Part shown: positions 24,027-38,900 of the stretch, one piece after another
How the letters are laid out: each line of letters begins with the position of its first letter
Position numbering within the stretch: the stretch's first letter is position 1
Assembly (NCBI GenBank): GCA_016748015.1
Contig: JAAOMT010000299.1
Coordinates: 719,090 to 783,089 of the forward strand
DNA from: Geosiphon pyriformis uo1
Taxonomy: Eukaryota; Fungi; Glomeromycota
Direction of reading: 5' to 3'
Length of the DNA stretch: 64,000 bases
The notes under the pieces: model-generated
The model's input: only the letters and a program-made list of their open reading frames with translations
The model's database searches: none
What the model was told of the DNA's origin: nothing
Program-made: the position numbers and the translations under genes

Positions 24027-27000
24027 TATTATGGTTAAAACTCATATTTTTTATTAGTTATTACATGTATTAGCCACTGATATTATATATTTAGCCATTT
24101 TATTTTAGATAATAATTATTGACCACTTTTAATAGCTATATAAGTGATAAATCTTTTAGTTATAAAATGGCATGTCAGAATACAAGACATGTCAGAAATC
24201 AAGAAAATAAAATAAATAAAATAACAACTTTTATTTTATCCAAACATCTTAGGATAAAAAATTACTTGTTGGTTATTTTTTACCTTTTTCTGAAAACATG
24301 TAATTGTAGTATTTAAAAATTATTAAATAAAACTTGACTGAAAAATACATCTAATACTTAATATTGAATTCTAAGAGCACCAATATAAAGCATAAAATTA
24401 TATCAGATGTGATTATTTGTTGACAGTATGGACTATCTCTCTACCTTTAGATTCTCTAGTTATCTTTTGAAAAGAATAGCAACTCAAATATTTTATAAGA
24501 CTGATCTCACACATTGAATCCATACTTATTCAATTCGCTCTTTAAAGTTGAATTCTTTTTAATTCTTTTCATTATTCTACAATCTTGTTTTCCTTTGTTA
24601 TCTGTTAGCTTGTTATTTCAATTTGTAACATAAAAGTGGTGCTTCCTATAAGATTGTCAAAATCCACTTTGTTTTTTATTGTATAGATGATTATTTATAT
24701 CTGCTACAACAATTAAAAGAATACTTTGAAGTATACAACAAAAACAATCTAAATTTTATTAAACTCAATCTTTTGCCCTTCTGCTTGATTTGCTTTCCCA
24801 TTAAAGAACAATCTAATAAACAATTCCAAGACTTTTGGAATTGGTTCCTGAATGAGCATTCAGCTGAAACCTATACAATCTATACAACTTATTACTTTAA
24901 CCAAGCTTATTTTGAAGACAACTTTGAAAAAAGAAACAACAATATCAATCAGCTTTTATATTTCACAACTTTTAAACAACAGCCCCCTGATTTTGAATAT
25001 CTAAATTACCAAATTCACATTTGGATTGCTGTATATCAGCTAACTAAAACACCCTTTGAAACAGAAGAAAAAAGCTATCAAACTGCTGCTGTTTTTGATC
25101 TCTTCTTAAGTAAATCAAAAAATTTTACACAAACAGCTACTCTTAAACCAATGACTAATAATTCTATACAACAAAACATTCTAATCACTCTCCAAGACAT
25201 ACAAATTGCTTTAAGATGAAGAAACAATACCCCATTACCATTATTCAAAAGTAATGCACAAAATCTAATTAAATAGTTAAATAACTTTAAAAAAGCTGCC
25301 ACAGCCAATCAATATAATAATGAATACAAATTCCAAATCATTGGTGGCTATCTTTAAGGCTCTTTTGCTACTTAGTTTTTACAAAAAACCAATGCTAATG
25401 CTCAGCAAAGAATCATTAGATGGACACCAGCAAATGCTGGAGAAAACAATACTTCTTTTATTATTCAGTTTGAAATAAAATTTAGAACTCCTATCTTGAT
25501 CTCAAAATAGTGTATGAAATTAGAAAAGAAAACCCAAAGTTCTGGTGAAGTTGTAACTGAATACATCAAAGCAATCAGAAAGTTAATCAAGCAGATAGAC
25601 TCTGGAAGAAACTAAACAGAAGAGCAGAAAATTTACTCCTTTACAAAAGGATTAAGAACTGATCTCTTATATGCTTTTTGGTCTCTTTTGGTCCTAAAAA
25701 ACAATTCCATAATGGATATGACTATTGAATTAGCTCAACAAATTGAAGACAATCAAAAGATGCACTTGGGATCCACACTTCTAGTTTTTGCTTCTGCTCC
25801 TGTTATGGTTTCTGTTCCTCAAATGGCTGCCACTTTTTTTACTGCTCAAACTCCAAATCCCAATGAACAATTGATAGATAAACTCACAACCAATTTTGCT
25901 TGGCTATTAAAACCATTAGCTCAAGTAGTCAGAGATAATCAACAACTCCAAAAACTCAGATATAAATCTTGTTTTAATCAGTTCCAACAACTCTTTTATC
26001 AAAGACAACAAAATCATGGTCTACTTGTGTGTTATTACTGTGGATTAACTGGACATTTCTCCAAAGATTACAACAATTCTCCTCTGCTTCCTCCAGCTTT
26101 CAGAAATAATGACAATTAAAACAACAGAATCATTAATAACAATGTCTCTAATTAAAAACCTAATCATGCCAACATCAATTTTTTTGGAGAAGATCCCTTA
26201 GTTAAAGCCACTATTTATCAGCCTTTAAACTGGTAGACACACCTCTAAAGAATGAGAGTGCAAGCCAACCAGAAGAAAACTCTTTTTACACTTTTAATTT
26301 AACTAATAATAACCATAACATAAATGGATTAGCAATCAACACTTCTGAATTAACAAGAAAGAAAAAGAAAGCCAAGATTAATTTTGTTCTAAATCCAAAC
26401 AAAGCATCCATATTAACTGCTAATAACAATAAGGCACCAAAGACTAAAGTTTTTAAAAATTCTTCAAAGTTGAAACTTTCAGAAATAGTACAAAAATTTG
26501 GTTCTTATTCTATTGTTAAAGATTTTATGAAAATCCCAGCACACATTACATTTGGTCAACTAATAACTCATCTACAGTTCAGAAAAGATCTTCACAAATC
26601 ATTGATTCTAAAAAAAAAGATACCAAAAACCAACAAGTGCTCTTGCCAAGCTGGACTTGTTGACAATAATAATATTACCTCTCTAATTTGTAAAACCCAA
26701 GTGGCTAGTTATTTTATTAACTTGATCCTAGATAGTAAATCATCTGTAAGTGTAATTACCAAACACTTTCTGGAAGCCATTGGTAGAAAAATAAATGAAT
26801 CTTCAACCAGACCAATGACCAATATACATGGTGACAAAAAGAAAGAACTTGGTATAGCCAAAGCTGTTTTTGTCTGTATTAATATCATTAGCATTAAGAC
26901 TGACATAAAAGTATTCAAAGCAAAAAAATACACTATTATTGTTGGCAATGAATGGCTCAAAAAGACAAAAGCTTTGCTTGATTATAAACTTTGTAAACTA

Positions 27001-30000
27001 ATTATCAAATATAGTAAAAAATCTATTGTAATTAAATATTACCATTGGACAATCTCTCCAGTACTCAAGCAAAACCAAAAAGAAAAACAATCAGATAAAT
27101 CAGATAATGATAAGAGTGATGAAAAAAAAGATCAAAAAGAACAAAAAAAACTGCTGAACTCACTTATATTATCTTTACCAGCAATGGCAAGTCATTGAAC
27201 AATATTAAAGCTGACAAAAAAGGAATCATGATAAATGGCAAGCTAATTTGCTGGCCCTATTATGATATCCTCAGAAGAATCTTTAATAGAAAACCTGACA
27301 AGAAAGCCAAATACAGTTATTGGTGACATGGTTTTTGTGCCAAGTGCTGGTGTAATAAACTCTTGTATTCTCTTAGTAATAAATAAAAATCTTGTCTAAT
27401 CTACTACAAAGATTAGGAACTTATTAGCCTAATACCAAGAGAAGAATTAAGAGAAGTATAAAAGTTTTTTGAAAGTAAACCACCTAAAATTCAATCATTT
27501 ACAGTAGAACAAAGAGAACTCTCTCCTGAAAAAAAAAAAATAAACATTGAAAATCTGTTGGCTAGAAATAACCCAGTTATTTTAAAAGAAGATAATACTC
27601 CTGGACAAACTTATGTGATACAACATATTATTACCACCAGAGAAACTCACCCCATCTATTTGAAGTCTTATCAATCCAATTGGCACAATAATAAGTTTAT
27701 CAAAAAAGAGATAATTTGAATGAAAAATCTTGGATTTATACAAAAAACCAAGAGTGAATGGGCTTTCTCAGTTGTAATGATATCCAAAAAAGGTGGAACT
27801 CTATGTTTCTGTATTAACTACTACCAATTAAATACCATCATTATAAGAGATCTGTATCTACTTTCCAAAATGAATCCAATGTTAGATAAATTCAATGGTA
27901 CTGCTTTCTTCTCAACCATTGACTTAACTGTTGAATTCTAGCAAGTAGAGATGGATCTAAAAAATAGAAAGAAAACTGCTTTCATTATCAAGTATGATAC
28001 CTATAAATTCACAGTCATGTCTTTTGGTCTTATTAATGCTTCTTTTATCTTTTAATGTCTAATGAACAAAGTATTTAAATCAGTAAAAAAAAAATTTTGT
28101 TCTGGTTTATTTGGATAACATAATGATATACTCAAAAATCTGGGATAAACACCTTGAATACTTACAAAAGGTTTTTAATCTCCTTAGAAATGCTGGTCTT
28201 AAAATAAATTCAATTAAATCTTTCTTTGGATGACAATCCACCCAATTTTTTGGTCATCTTATTACAAAAGATAGAATCTTCTGTGACTTAGCCAAAGTTA
28301 AAAAAGTTTAGAACATTAGACAACCAATAAATGTTCTTAAACTACACTCTTTCTTTGGTTTGGCCTCTTACTATTGCAAATTTATCAAGAATTTCTTCAA
28401 AATTATCTTTCTTCTCAATCAACTACTTAGGAAAAATGTCAATTAATACTGGCACATACACCAGCAAAAAGCTTTTGAAATTCTGAAGGAAAAACTTGTT
28501 ACTAAACTAATCCTTAAACAACCTGATCTGAACTAATTTTTTATTTTGTATACTAATACATCTGGCTATAAACTTAGTACTGTTTTCTCACAGAAAGATG
28601 AAAATAGCAGAGAACATACTATAGTATATGCCAATAAAACTCTCACATCAGCAGAAAAAAACTATTCAGTTACTAAACAAGAATACTTAGCAGTAATATG
28701 AGCTATTAATTACTGAAACCAATATCTTTTTGGTATAAAATTCTTAATGATAACAGATTATCAAGCCTTGGTTTGGCTGTGTAACAAAAAGAAGCTGAAA
28801 TATAAACAAATAACTTGCTGGATACTTCCTTTGGATGAATTTGACTATGACATTCAACACCACAAAAGAGCAAATCATCAAAATATCAATGCTTTTTCTA
28901 GACTTACTATTTAGTGATAGTACAATTTTTCAATCAAACCAACTTAATTATTAGTAACTCTCTTATAAACAAACACGATAATGGACTTGGACAACTACTT
29001 TGCCTTAATGGAATTTTTGGGTAAAGAATAATACCCATTAGAATACACTTAACAGCAAAGAGAACATTTGTGCAAACAATTAAATTTCTATTTAATTTAC
29101 CAAAACCAATTATATAAAAGAAACAGAAAAGATCTTGACTGCTCCCAGAAAGTTATCAGATTTAAAGAAAAAAAAATTGTAATATATAATATGTACACTG
29201 ATTTATTAACTAAACACTTTGGAAAAACAAAAACAATTCAGAAAACCTTAGCTTATTATTATTGGTCTACTTTGGAAAAAAACATTGCTAAGTACATCAA
29301 AACCTGTAATATTTGCCAAAAAAGAGGAAAACCCAATTGCAAGAAAGATATCTATCCAATTTCTGTTAGTTAACCATTTAACAGAATTGGTATAGATGTT
29401 ATTAGACTCTTAACAATAACTTTTAATGACAATAGATACATTATTACAGCTACCAACTATCTTACAAAGTAAGTAGAAACAAGAGCCATTCCAGACCAAA
29501 CAGCAGTTTTAATAGCTAATTTTATTTATGAAGATATTATCTGCTGTTATGACTGCTCCAAAGAACTTTTATCTAATAGAGAAAAAGCTTTTCTCAGTAC
29601 ACTGGTTAAGAAACTTTGTAAAAAAATAGGAATATGTCATAAACTTTTCTTTTTTTACCACTCTCAAACAAATGGTCTAATGAAACGTTTTAATAGAACA
29701 TTATATAAAACCTTAGCCAAAACCAGTAAAAAAACAAATTTATAGAACAAAGTACTGCTTTTAGCTTTGTTTGCTTATAGAACTGTAAATTATGACATAA
29801 CAAGTTATGAACCTTTTTATCTGCTTTATGAACATATGGCAATACTATCAATAAAAACTAACATTAAAACAATATCTTTTAAAGAAATCACAATAGAAAA
29901 TTATAAAGACATTTTGCAAAAAAAACTTGATATTATTCTTAACTCTTTAGTAGAAGCATAAATAATTGCCTTTGAAAAAATAAAACAGTTCCAAGAAAAG

Positions 30001-30062
30001 CTTAAAAAAAAACTTATAAAACACTTTCCTTAAGTATTGGTAACTTAGTATTAGAATATTAT

Positions 30063-30983
30063 TGTTACTCATAGAATATAAAAATCATAATAGGATATAT
30101 ATTAGCCAATTAAAGATAAACATAGTAAAATATGAAATTCCAAGATTCCTCTCAGAAAAATTACAGGATTTCAAGAATTATAGAATTCTTATATAAGGAA
30201 TTACAAGATTCCAGAATTCTAAAATTCCTCTTAAAGAATTGCAAGATTTCAGAAATTCCAGGATTTTTGGTGTAAAAAATTGAGAAATTAAGGAATCTCA
30301 AATATGTATATATAGCAGTAACATTAGAAGCAGAAAAAGACAGACCTCTTAGTTTAAACTTCTCTTCCTATTTATTTACTAATTGCTTTAAGAATAGTTC
30401 ATATCTATTAAAGTAAAATTATCAAAATATTAATAAAATACTTATCTACATCTAATTTATGTTGTTATTATTTGATTGAAAAATATTCATCAAATTCTAC
30501 CTATTAACACTTTATGTTGATAACTGCCAATACTTAAATATACTAGAACAATAGCTTTTAATTATGGCTATTAACAGAATACTAATTTAATTGTTTTGGC
30601 TTAATTTCTTTATATTTTTTATTTTCTTTCTTTTTTTTTATTTGTTTCTTGTTGTTTACTAATTGATTAAAGATCAATGCACAGAATAATCAACATTAAA
30701 GAGACTGGTAAAAGATCTGTAAAACAAGTATAGAACACTTACAGAATTAAGAATAGCTTATTAAGAGGATTACTAGCCATTATGCTAAGAAAAAAATTTG
30801 ATGGAATTGCAATTCTGGAAGACTACTAAAAACAACTATTAAATCTCTGTCTATTACACAAAGGATTCAACTAAAACCTTTAGATTACCAAAATTTTCAA
30901 ATATTACCAATGTCATTAAGTGAATTAACACCAAATTATGGATTTGTTATTTGATTTAAAACCTCAAATAATCATTTGTAATA
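30063..30983 (+). mobile_element. Solo LTR, A-like family, inside the integrase of element C
   Basis: TGTTACTCATAG..TGTAATA. Flanks TTAT/CTGT; the host frame (EY-x-S-D/N) rejoins across it. No PBS or PPT adjacent. Confidence 0.9.
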
Positions 30984-31160
30984 CTGTTCAAACAGAAATA
31001 ATGTCTATGGTAATAAATTCTCTAGCTAGTGAAAAGAATTCTTTTTAGTCAACAAAGTTTTAAACAATAGTTCTTATATTTTTCAAGATCAATTCAGAAC
31101 AATCTTTAATAATCATTCTGTTTATAATACATGACTTAAAAAATATCATAAACGACTTGA

Positions 31161-31879
31161 TTGGTTGTCTGTTGTGGTAATACTGACTTAAATGATCAGC
31201 AAAAATCAAGTATAAATAAATGCATCATTTCCAAAACAGAGGTATCTTCAATTGACATAAATAATTATTTTCTGGATCAAAACACCTTCTATACTCTTCA
31301 TGAATATTGGATCAAAAACTATTCAAATGCTACTTTGATCATTGAAAAACAGACCACCATAACTGATAACAGTGAAACACATAATGTTATTAGATTCAAA
31401 AAAACCACCAGAAGAGAAAAAATTGGTAGCAAAATGGATAAATATCTGTTGAAAAGTATAACAGCAGCTATACTCTTACCTTCTAGCACAATTGGAAAAA
31501 CACTCTAAAAAATCTTGTCTATAAACAAAAACTTGTCATATGGAAGGCAATTAGAACTCTATGGTTGTCTTGATAAAATCATAAAGGATATAAAACTAAT
31601 AAAAAAACAACTTCAAAGATACAGACAGAAATTTTGGACATTATATGATTAGATGTTTCAAGAGTCAAAACTCTAATACAAAGATTTGGTCTCTTGAATA
31701 TAAAACTCATTTCATCTCAAATATTATACATCTTATTTACCAAAAATTTCAATAAACTAGTTAGCTTTAAATTAGACAAAACCCTTCAAACAGATTATTT
31801 TATAAATAGTTTAATTTTGCCAGAGCTCAATCTCTTTAGAGAGGATAATATTATGATTAAAACTTACATTTTTTATTAG
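31161..31879 (+). pseudogene. ORF3 of element C, running ~30 nt into the 3' LTR
   Basis: ORF-track pieces 31161-31508 and 31694-31879 are homologous to 5300-5677 and 22720-22947. Confidence 0.78.
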
Positions 31880-32502
31880 TTATCACATGTATTAGCCACC
31901 CTATTTTAAATAGTGATTATTGATCTGATTATTGATCTAGTTATTGACTTGATTATTGACCACTTTTGATAGCTATATAAGCAATAAATCTTTTAGCTGT
32001 AAAATGACATATCAGAATACAAGACATGTTAGATATTAAGGAAATAAAATAACAACTTTTATCTTAATTCTTTTCTTATTGCTAATTTTTCTTTTCTTTA
32101 CCTTCAAGTATGTGAACATCTTAGGATAAAAGATTACTTGTTGGTTACTTTCTACCTTTTCCTAAAAATGTGTAATTGTAATATTTGAAAATTATTGAAT
32201 AAAATGTGATTTAAGAGTATATCTAATACCTGATATTGAATTCTAAGAGCACTGACATAAGACATAGAATTATATTAGATGTGATTATTTGTTAACAGTA
32301 CAGACTATCCCTCTACTTTTAAATTCTTTGGTTATCTTTTGAAAAGAATAGTAACTAAGATATTTTATGAAACTGATCTCACATATTGAATCCATACTTA
32401 TTCAATTCACTCTTTGAAGTTGAATTCCCTTTGATTCCTTTCATCACTTTACAATCTTGTTTTTTCTTGCTATCTGTTAGCTTGTTACTCCAATCCATAA
32501 CA

Positions 32503-33312
32503 TTACAAAAGAAATTAACATAGATAAATCGGTTTTGGTAATTAATAGTTTGTTTAATAATAAGACTATTAAACTTTTTGAAATATTTAATAAACTATAG
32601 AAGTATTGTAGTAAAGTTATAATAAAATGTTTTTTGAATTTATTGAACTTATATTTATTTTTTAATAATGTTTCAATTCTTTAGAAAAAAGCATAAGTTT
32701 CAATAATTTTTAAACTTTACAAGTAAAATAATATTTTAATAAATATTTAATTTAATTAAAACAGCTAGAAAAATTTTGTTTAAAATTTTTTCTGATCAGA
32801 TATTTTTTATAATAATAATTTTTTGGTGTTAAAAAATATTTCAACTTAGTTTTTTGCTTTTATTGTTGGTTTAGTAATTAAGAATACTATAGAAAAAAAC
32901 AAAAAACACTAATTGGTTTTACAAGATATGTGCAAAACTTATAACTTAGTTAGATAATATTATCTAAAAATTAACTTATAATATATTAAGATATGTAATC
33001 AGTTATTAAGTTTTTTAATAATATATATGATAATTAATTTTGGGCTTTTAAATGAATACAAAATGCATAATAGCTTGGATTAGAGTAAGTTTTTTTTTCT
33101 TCTTCTTTAAATAATTTTTTACAATTTTCTTTTGTATAAAGTCAAAAGACATAAATATTTGTGTGAATATTAGATTAATACTAAATTTGTGGCCAGAACT
33201 AGCAAGATAGAAAACAGTAAAGAAAAAATGTTATTTTTTGCTGTAAATATTTTTGTTAATGACACAATTTATGTCAAGAGTAATCAAACTTTAACACAGC
33301 ATATTTTAGATA
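32503..33312 (+). mobile_element. LINE reverse transcriptase remnant
   Basis: ..LIKTARKILFKIFSDQI..LVLQDMCKTYNLV (QDxxKAYDSV).. and FVND at 33252-33263 (decayed FVDD catalytic motif). These are non-LTR RT motifs. Confidence 0.75.
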
Positions 33313-34430
33313 TTGGTAGGTATTGTCTTTTACCCAAAAATTTCATTAAGACAGAGTAGTTATCCAAGTCTATTATCATGTTTGTTTGTAAGGAAGTTAC
33401 TAATAATTAGGTTGGTTTGGTTTAAGAAGATTGTACTGTCACTGGATGGTAAGTCTAAAGAAAGTGTTAGCATTTTAATAATTAGCTTTTTTGCAATATT
33501 GAATATCATAGTCAAATTCATCCAGATGGAGTATTTAGCAAATTATCCATTTATGTTTCAGCTTTTTTTTGTTATATAACCAAATCAAGGCTTGATAATC
33601 TGTTACTACTAAGAATTTTATATTAAGAAATATTGATCTTAATAACTAGTAGCCTAAACTACTATTAAGCATTCTTGTTCAGTAATTAAGTAGTTTTTTT
33701 CTGCTGGTGTAAGAGATTTACTGACATATGCTATAGCATGTTTTCTGTTATCTTTATTTTTTTGTGAAAAAACAGTGCCAAGTCTATAGCCAAATATATT
33801 AGTGTACAGAATAAAAGATTGGTTCAGATCAAGTCATTTAAGGATTGGTTTAGTAACAAGTTTTTTCTTCAAAGTTTCAAAAACTTTTTGTTGATAAGTG
33901 CTCCAGTAATAGTTGACATTTTTTCTGAGTAGCTAATTAAAAAAAAAGACAATTTTGAAGAAATCTTTGATAAATTTATGATAGTAAGAAGCCAAACCAA
34001 GAAAAAAATGTAGTTTAGAAACATTCATTGGTTGTTTAATGTTTTGGACCTTTTCAATTTTAGTTGAATTAAAGAAGATTCTATCTTTTATAATAAGATG
34101 ACCAAAAAATTGGGTGGATTATCATCTAAAAAAAGATTTGATTAAATTGATCTTGAGACCAGCATTTTTAAGGAGATCAAAAACCTTTTGTAAATGTTTT
34201 AGATATTTAATTCAAGTTTTTAAATATACTATTATGTTATCTAAATAGACCAGAACAAAGTTTTTTTTTACTGATTCAAACACTTTGTTTATTAGGCATT
34301 GAAAAGTGAAAGAGATATTGATAAGACCAAAAGGCATAACTGTAAATTTATAGGTGCTGTATTTGGTAATGAAAACAGTTTTCTTTCTGCTTTCTGGATC
34401 TATTTCTACTTGCCAGAATTCAGTAGTTAA
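33313..34430 (-). mobile_element. Internal RT/RNase H fragment of family B, no LTR
   Basis: Collinear with 7135-7978 plus 17464-17735, without the element A insertion. Confidence 0.88.
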
Positions 34431-35989
34431 AATATTTTGATTGTTTAATATTGTTTTGTTTTTTTTAAAATAATTTTTTATTGAACTATTGAATATTAAT
34501 ATAATATCAGAGTTGTTAATATTTTTGTGTGTTTATTTTTTGTTATATTTTGAGTTAAAATTTATTTCATTTGTAATAAGCTATTAGCATTTCTGTTTTT
34601 TTTTTTTTATAATATATAGTATAATTAAATAATAATAGTTCTATTTTCTATCTTGTATAATAATCATCTCCAAATTTTTGCTTCTGAATTAATGTCAATT
34701 TTTTGTGATTAGTGTACATATCAAACTTTTGGCTCAAGTATTTTTTTCATTTAATGACAGCTTAATAGATAGCTAAATGTTTTAATGCTAGAGTTTTATA
34801 ATTTTTTTTGGCTGAACTCAAACTTTGACTGGCATATATTATTAAATGTTTTTATTTATCAGCTTTTTTTTGTGACAATATGGCTCCCAATGTTTAATCA
34901 AATGCATTAGTGATAATAATAAATGGCTTATTATGATTTAAATAGATTAATATTAAAGCTTAAATGAGCTTTTTTTTCAAGATATTGAAAGCTTTTTTTT
35001 AGGTTTTAAGTTTATTTATATTTAATGTTTTTGGCTTGAAACTAGTGGAGTAGTTGAGCCAGTTTGGAGAAGTTTTGAATAAAGCAGTAATAATATCTAG
35101 CAAATTTCAAGAATGTTCTTAATTCTGTAAGATTTATTGATACTGAAAAGTTTTTGACTATCTTAATCTTGTCTGAATCTGTTTTTATGCCATTTTTGTT
35201 TACAATATGTTCCAAAAACTTGAGTTTAATTTTGCCAAAGAAGCATTTGGTTATATTTAATTTTAATCCAGCTTTTCTTAATTTTTGAATACTTGTTAAA
35301 GATAATAGAGATAATTATCGAATGTTTTTGAAAACACATTGGTGTTATATAAATAGATTATTATAAATTTTTATAATAATTCAGTGTAAACAATTTTTAT
35401 AAGCTGTTAAAAAGTAATTAGAGCATTAATTAAGCTAAAAAACATAATGTCAAATTCAAAATTCTCTTTTCTGGTTGTAAATACTGTTTTTTTTTGTTAT
35501 CTAAATTTATAACTACTTGTCAATAACTACTGTTTAAGTTTAATATAAAAAACTATTTCTTTTCTTCAAAAGCATTAAATAATTTCTGGATGCATGGAAT
35601 TGGATAGTTGTTTCTATATATTACATTATTGAGTTTTTAATAGTCTACACAAAAGTGAATTTTTTTTTTGGACAAGTACTATTAGTAATAATTATAGATT
35701 CATTAATAGTTAAATTAACTCATTGTCTAATATATGGTTGATTTTTTATCAGATAATCTCATGGCTAGTAAGTGGTACTCTGTATGTCTTTTGTTTAATT
35801 AGTATTGTATTTCCAGTTTTGATCTGATACTAGATAATATTAATTCTGCTGAATTTATTTTTACTTACAAAGATGTCAGTAAAATTATTAAATTGTATTT
35901 TGAATTATATATGTTAAATAAATCTAAATTTTCTAAGTTTATTTGTTCTAACTGTTCTGATTATAGCAAATAATACTCTTTTTGTTTAT
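34431..35989 (-). mobile_element. Internal RT/RNase H fragment of an A-like element
   Basis: Reverse complement matches ~13650-15240; it directly matches ~60085-61645. Confidence 0.85.
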
Positions 35990-38900
35990 TGTTATAAGTG
36001 ATTATTTAGAATATTAGAACAAATAACAAATCTGTAACTTAATGCTCAATAGTTGGAAATATTAGTAATTTTCGAAAGTTTTGGAGTTTAAAGATTTTGG
36101 TTAAGTCTTTTATATAATAAACAAAAATTTAATTGATGGTTTTTTCTGTGAATTTCTTTTTTTAGCATAGTAACCAGTTTATTTTGACAGTCATATCTTT
36201 CTGATAAGCTATTCTTAAATTTTTACTCTTGTTTTCAGGTTTTTTATCAAGTTATTCTTAATGTTAAATACTTAGTACTTGATTTCTTTTATCAATTAGT
36301 AAACAACAAAAAAATAAAACAAAAAAAAATAAATAAAAATAAAAAATTTAAAATAAAAAATTAGTATTCTGTTAATAGTTATAATTAAGAGCTATTAATT
36401 TAGTATGATTAAGTATTAAAGTTTATTAACATAAATTGTTAATAGTAAAAAAGTAATTAATATTCTTAATCAAATAATAATAACATAAATTTAGATAATA
36501 ATTAAGTATTTTTATTGATATTAATATGATTTTATTTCAAGTTATAAAAAACTATCTTTTAAAGAGAGAGGTATAAAATAAGTTGTTATTTTTAACTTGG
36601 ATTGAATTGTATCCTTTTTTTCTGTTTCTAATACTTTTACTATAAATATATAATTTGATTTTTTGAAATTTTTTATTTTTTTTAAAAAGAATTCTGTAAT
36701 TCTGTAATTCTGCAATTTTGGGATTTTACAATTTCTTAAGAAAAATTCTGGAATTCTGAAATTTTGGAATTTCACAATTTCTTGAAAAGAATTCTGGAAT
36801 TTCTTTTTACTATACCTATTTCTAATTGGCTATTTTATCTACTTATTATAATTCCTAATTTCTATAAGTAATATTATTCCTTTCTTTTAATATTGAGCTC
36901 TATTGAGATTTCTCAAATCTTCTAAATCTATATTAGTATGTAAATAAGGTTCTAATTTGATAATAGTTTTTTTAAGATATTTAAAATTAAACCTTGTATT
37001 AGTATTATGTATTTGTTCTAATATAATATTTTCATTATTTTTGCTAAACTATTTGATTTTCTGCTTCTTGAAAAAATCTGGGAGCATAATATATTGTTCA
37101 GAATTATAATCAAAGTTTGAATTATTATTATTATTGTTGCTATAGTAAATAGTATTAAAACTATTGTCATTGTTATTATTAAAGTCTGAATTACAATTGA
37201 ATTTTGATTTTGATTCTGAAGTACAGCTGCTAATTGGTTCTTTCTCTTTGGGAATCAAATAAATTATGCTTGATAGTGAATTGTAAATAAGATTACAATT
37301 GTTACAATATTCAAAGTTATTAAAAATTAGGTAATGTTTACAAAATATAGTATTTAATTGTTTTAAATATTGCTTTTGTTCTTTTTAAGTAAATACTAGA
37401 TCTTGGTAATGTTCATAGAATTGTTTAAGATTGTTCAAAATGTCAATAAATACATTTGAATTGGAAATAAAAACAGTTTTGACAAATTTTGATAAGTTAT
37501 TCTTGATTGTAAGTATTTTACTAAGTGAAATATTTTTGATTTTAGCACTTGTTATTTTCCAGATCTTGTCTTCATTGTGTAAATAACTGTTCAAATATGA
37601 AAGTGCTCAGTTTTACACAGTATTAAAAGACATTTTTCAGCTTACACAGTCATTAATAAGAATTGTGTATTAACACAATATATTGTATATTCTTTCTTAA
37701 CCAGAAATGTTATTTTATATTCCTTTATTAAGTAGTGTTTCTCCACAAGCAAGACATAATTTTTTGTTTCACTTTTCTTGTTATTTTGGATATTCAAAAT
37801 GTTTTCAGTAGTATAACTTGCAATAATAGTGGATACATATCCAGTAATCTTCTTTGGGTGAGATCCAAGCTCTTATAAAAGAAAGCTTTTTCTTGTAATC
37901 TTTGTATTTAAATAGGATATATGATGGTTTTTTTTTTGTGTTCACTAAGTAGGATACATGTTAACTATTGGATAATTTTTAAATAGCAATAGTGGCTTGT
38001 GGTTTATCTTTTTTTTTTTCTTTTCTCTTGTTATTTCAAGAAAGTATTGGTGGTAATTTGTTGTGCTTATTTTCAGTTCACAAAACTTGGTAAGCTTTTC
38101 AAATAGATTTTTTTTTTCTTTTTCAAATTTAATTAGTGGTAATTGGATGGTAGCATTTGTTTTAAAGTGGCCACAGATGGTTGGTACTCAAGTATGCTGA
38201 TTATTTTGACTAAGCTGAAACTTTTGGATAGTTTAATCAAGCACAGTATTGGTCTTAAACAGCCAATTATTACTAACAAAAGCTTAATACTATGTGGCTT
38301 TCATAATAAAAACTTTGATAAATGTAATAATACTGTTAATTTCAAAAGGAAAGTTGTTAATTTTGCCAATAGAAGTTTTAATGATTTTATTAGCAGTAAT
38401 GATTTTAACACTGACAGCATGATCAACTTGGTATTCTAATTGGTTTATGAGTTGTTATGTAATAATATTGTCTGCTAAACTATTATTAAGAACTAACTTA
38501 ATAAATTGGCCATTAATTTTAACATTTGTATATATGATTGTAATAAATTTTGTGTTAAAAACAGTTCTATTAAACAGAGATGTTGTTACTGGTTCTTTCA
38601 GTTTAAAAAAAATATTGTAATGAGTAATTTGTCTTCTATAATGGTGGTAGGTAAAATATTGTTGGTGAATATTTTCTGGATTTCCAAGTTATTAAATAAG
38701 TTGTTTGTTGAAATAGCTAAAAGACTTAAATAATTCTGAAAATTTGAGTTTTAGATATACTCACTTTTCAAATTTCTTGGACATGATTCTGATAATTGGT
38801 TTGATGAACTGAAAATTAGTTGGTATATAATCATTGTTAATCTTTAGTTCTATTATATATGGATGATTCTTGGTCTTTGGCTTCTATTTAATACTGACAT

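Larger units (their letters stand above)
24027..32502 (+). mobile_element. Near-full-length Ty3/Gypsy element C (family B, LTR subfamily B2; no dUTPase)
   Basis: LTRs 24027-24630 and 31849-32502, TSD TTAT/TTAC, PBS TGGTGCTTCCTATAAG at 24637. Gag knuckle CYYCGLTGH ~26030, protease LILDS ~26720, RT ~27620-28300, RH, IN ~29070-31140, ORF3 31161-31879. Confidence 0.94.

Noticed and set aside
35990-36873. This LTR and 47464-48339 as solo LTRs
   Set aside because: Each is followed by a PPT and internal sequence, so they are the 3' LTRs of elements E and H.
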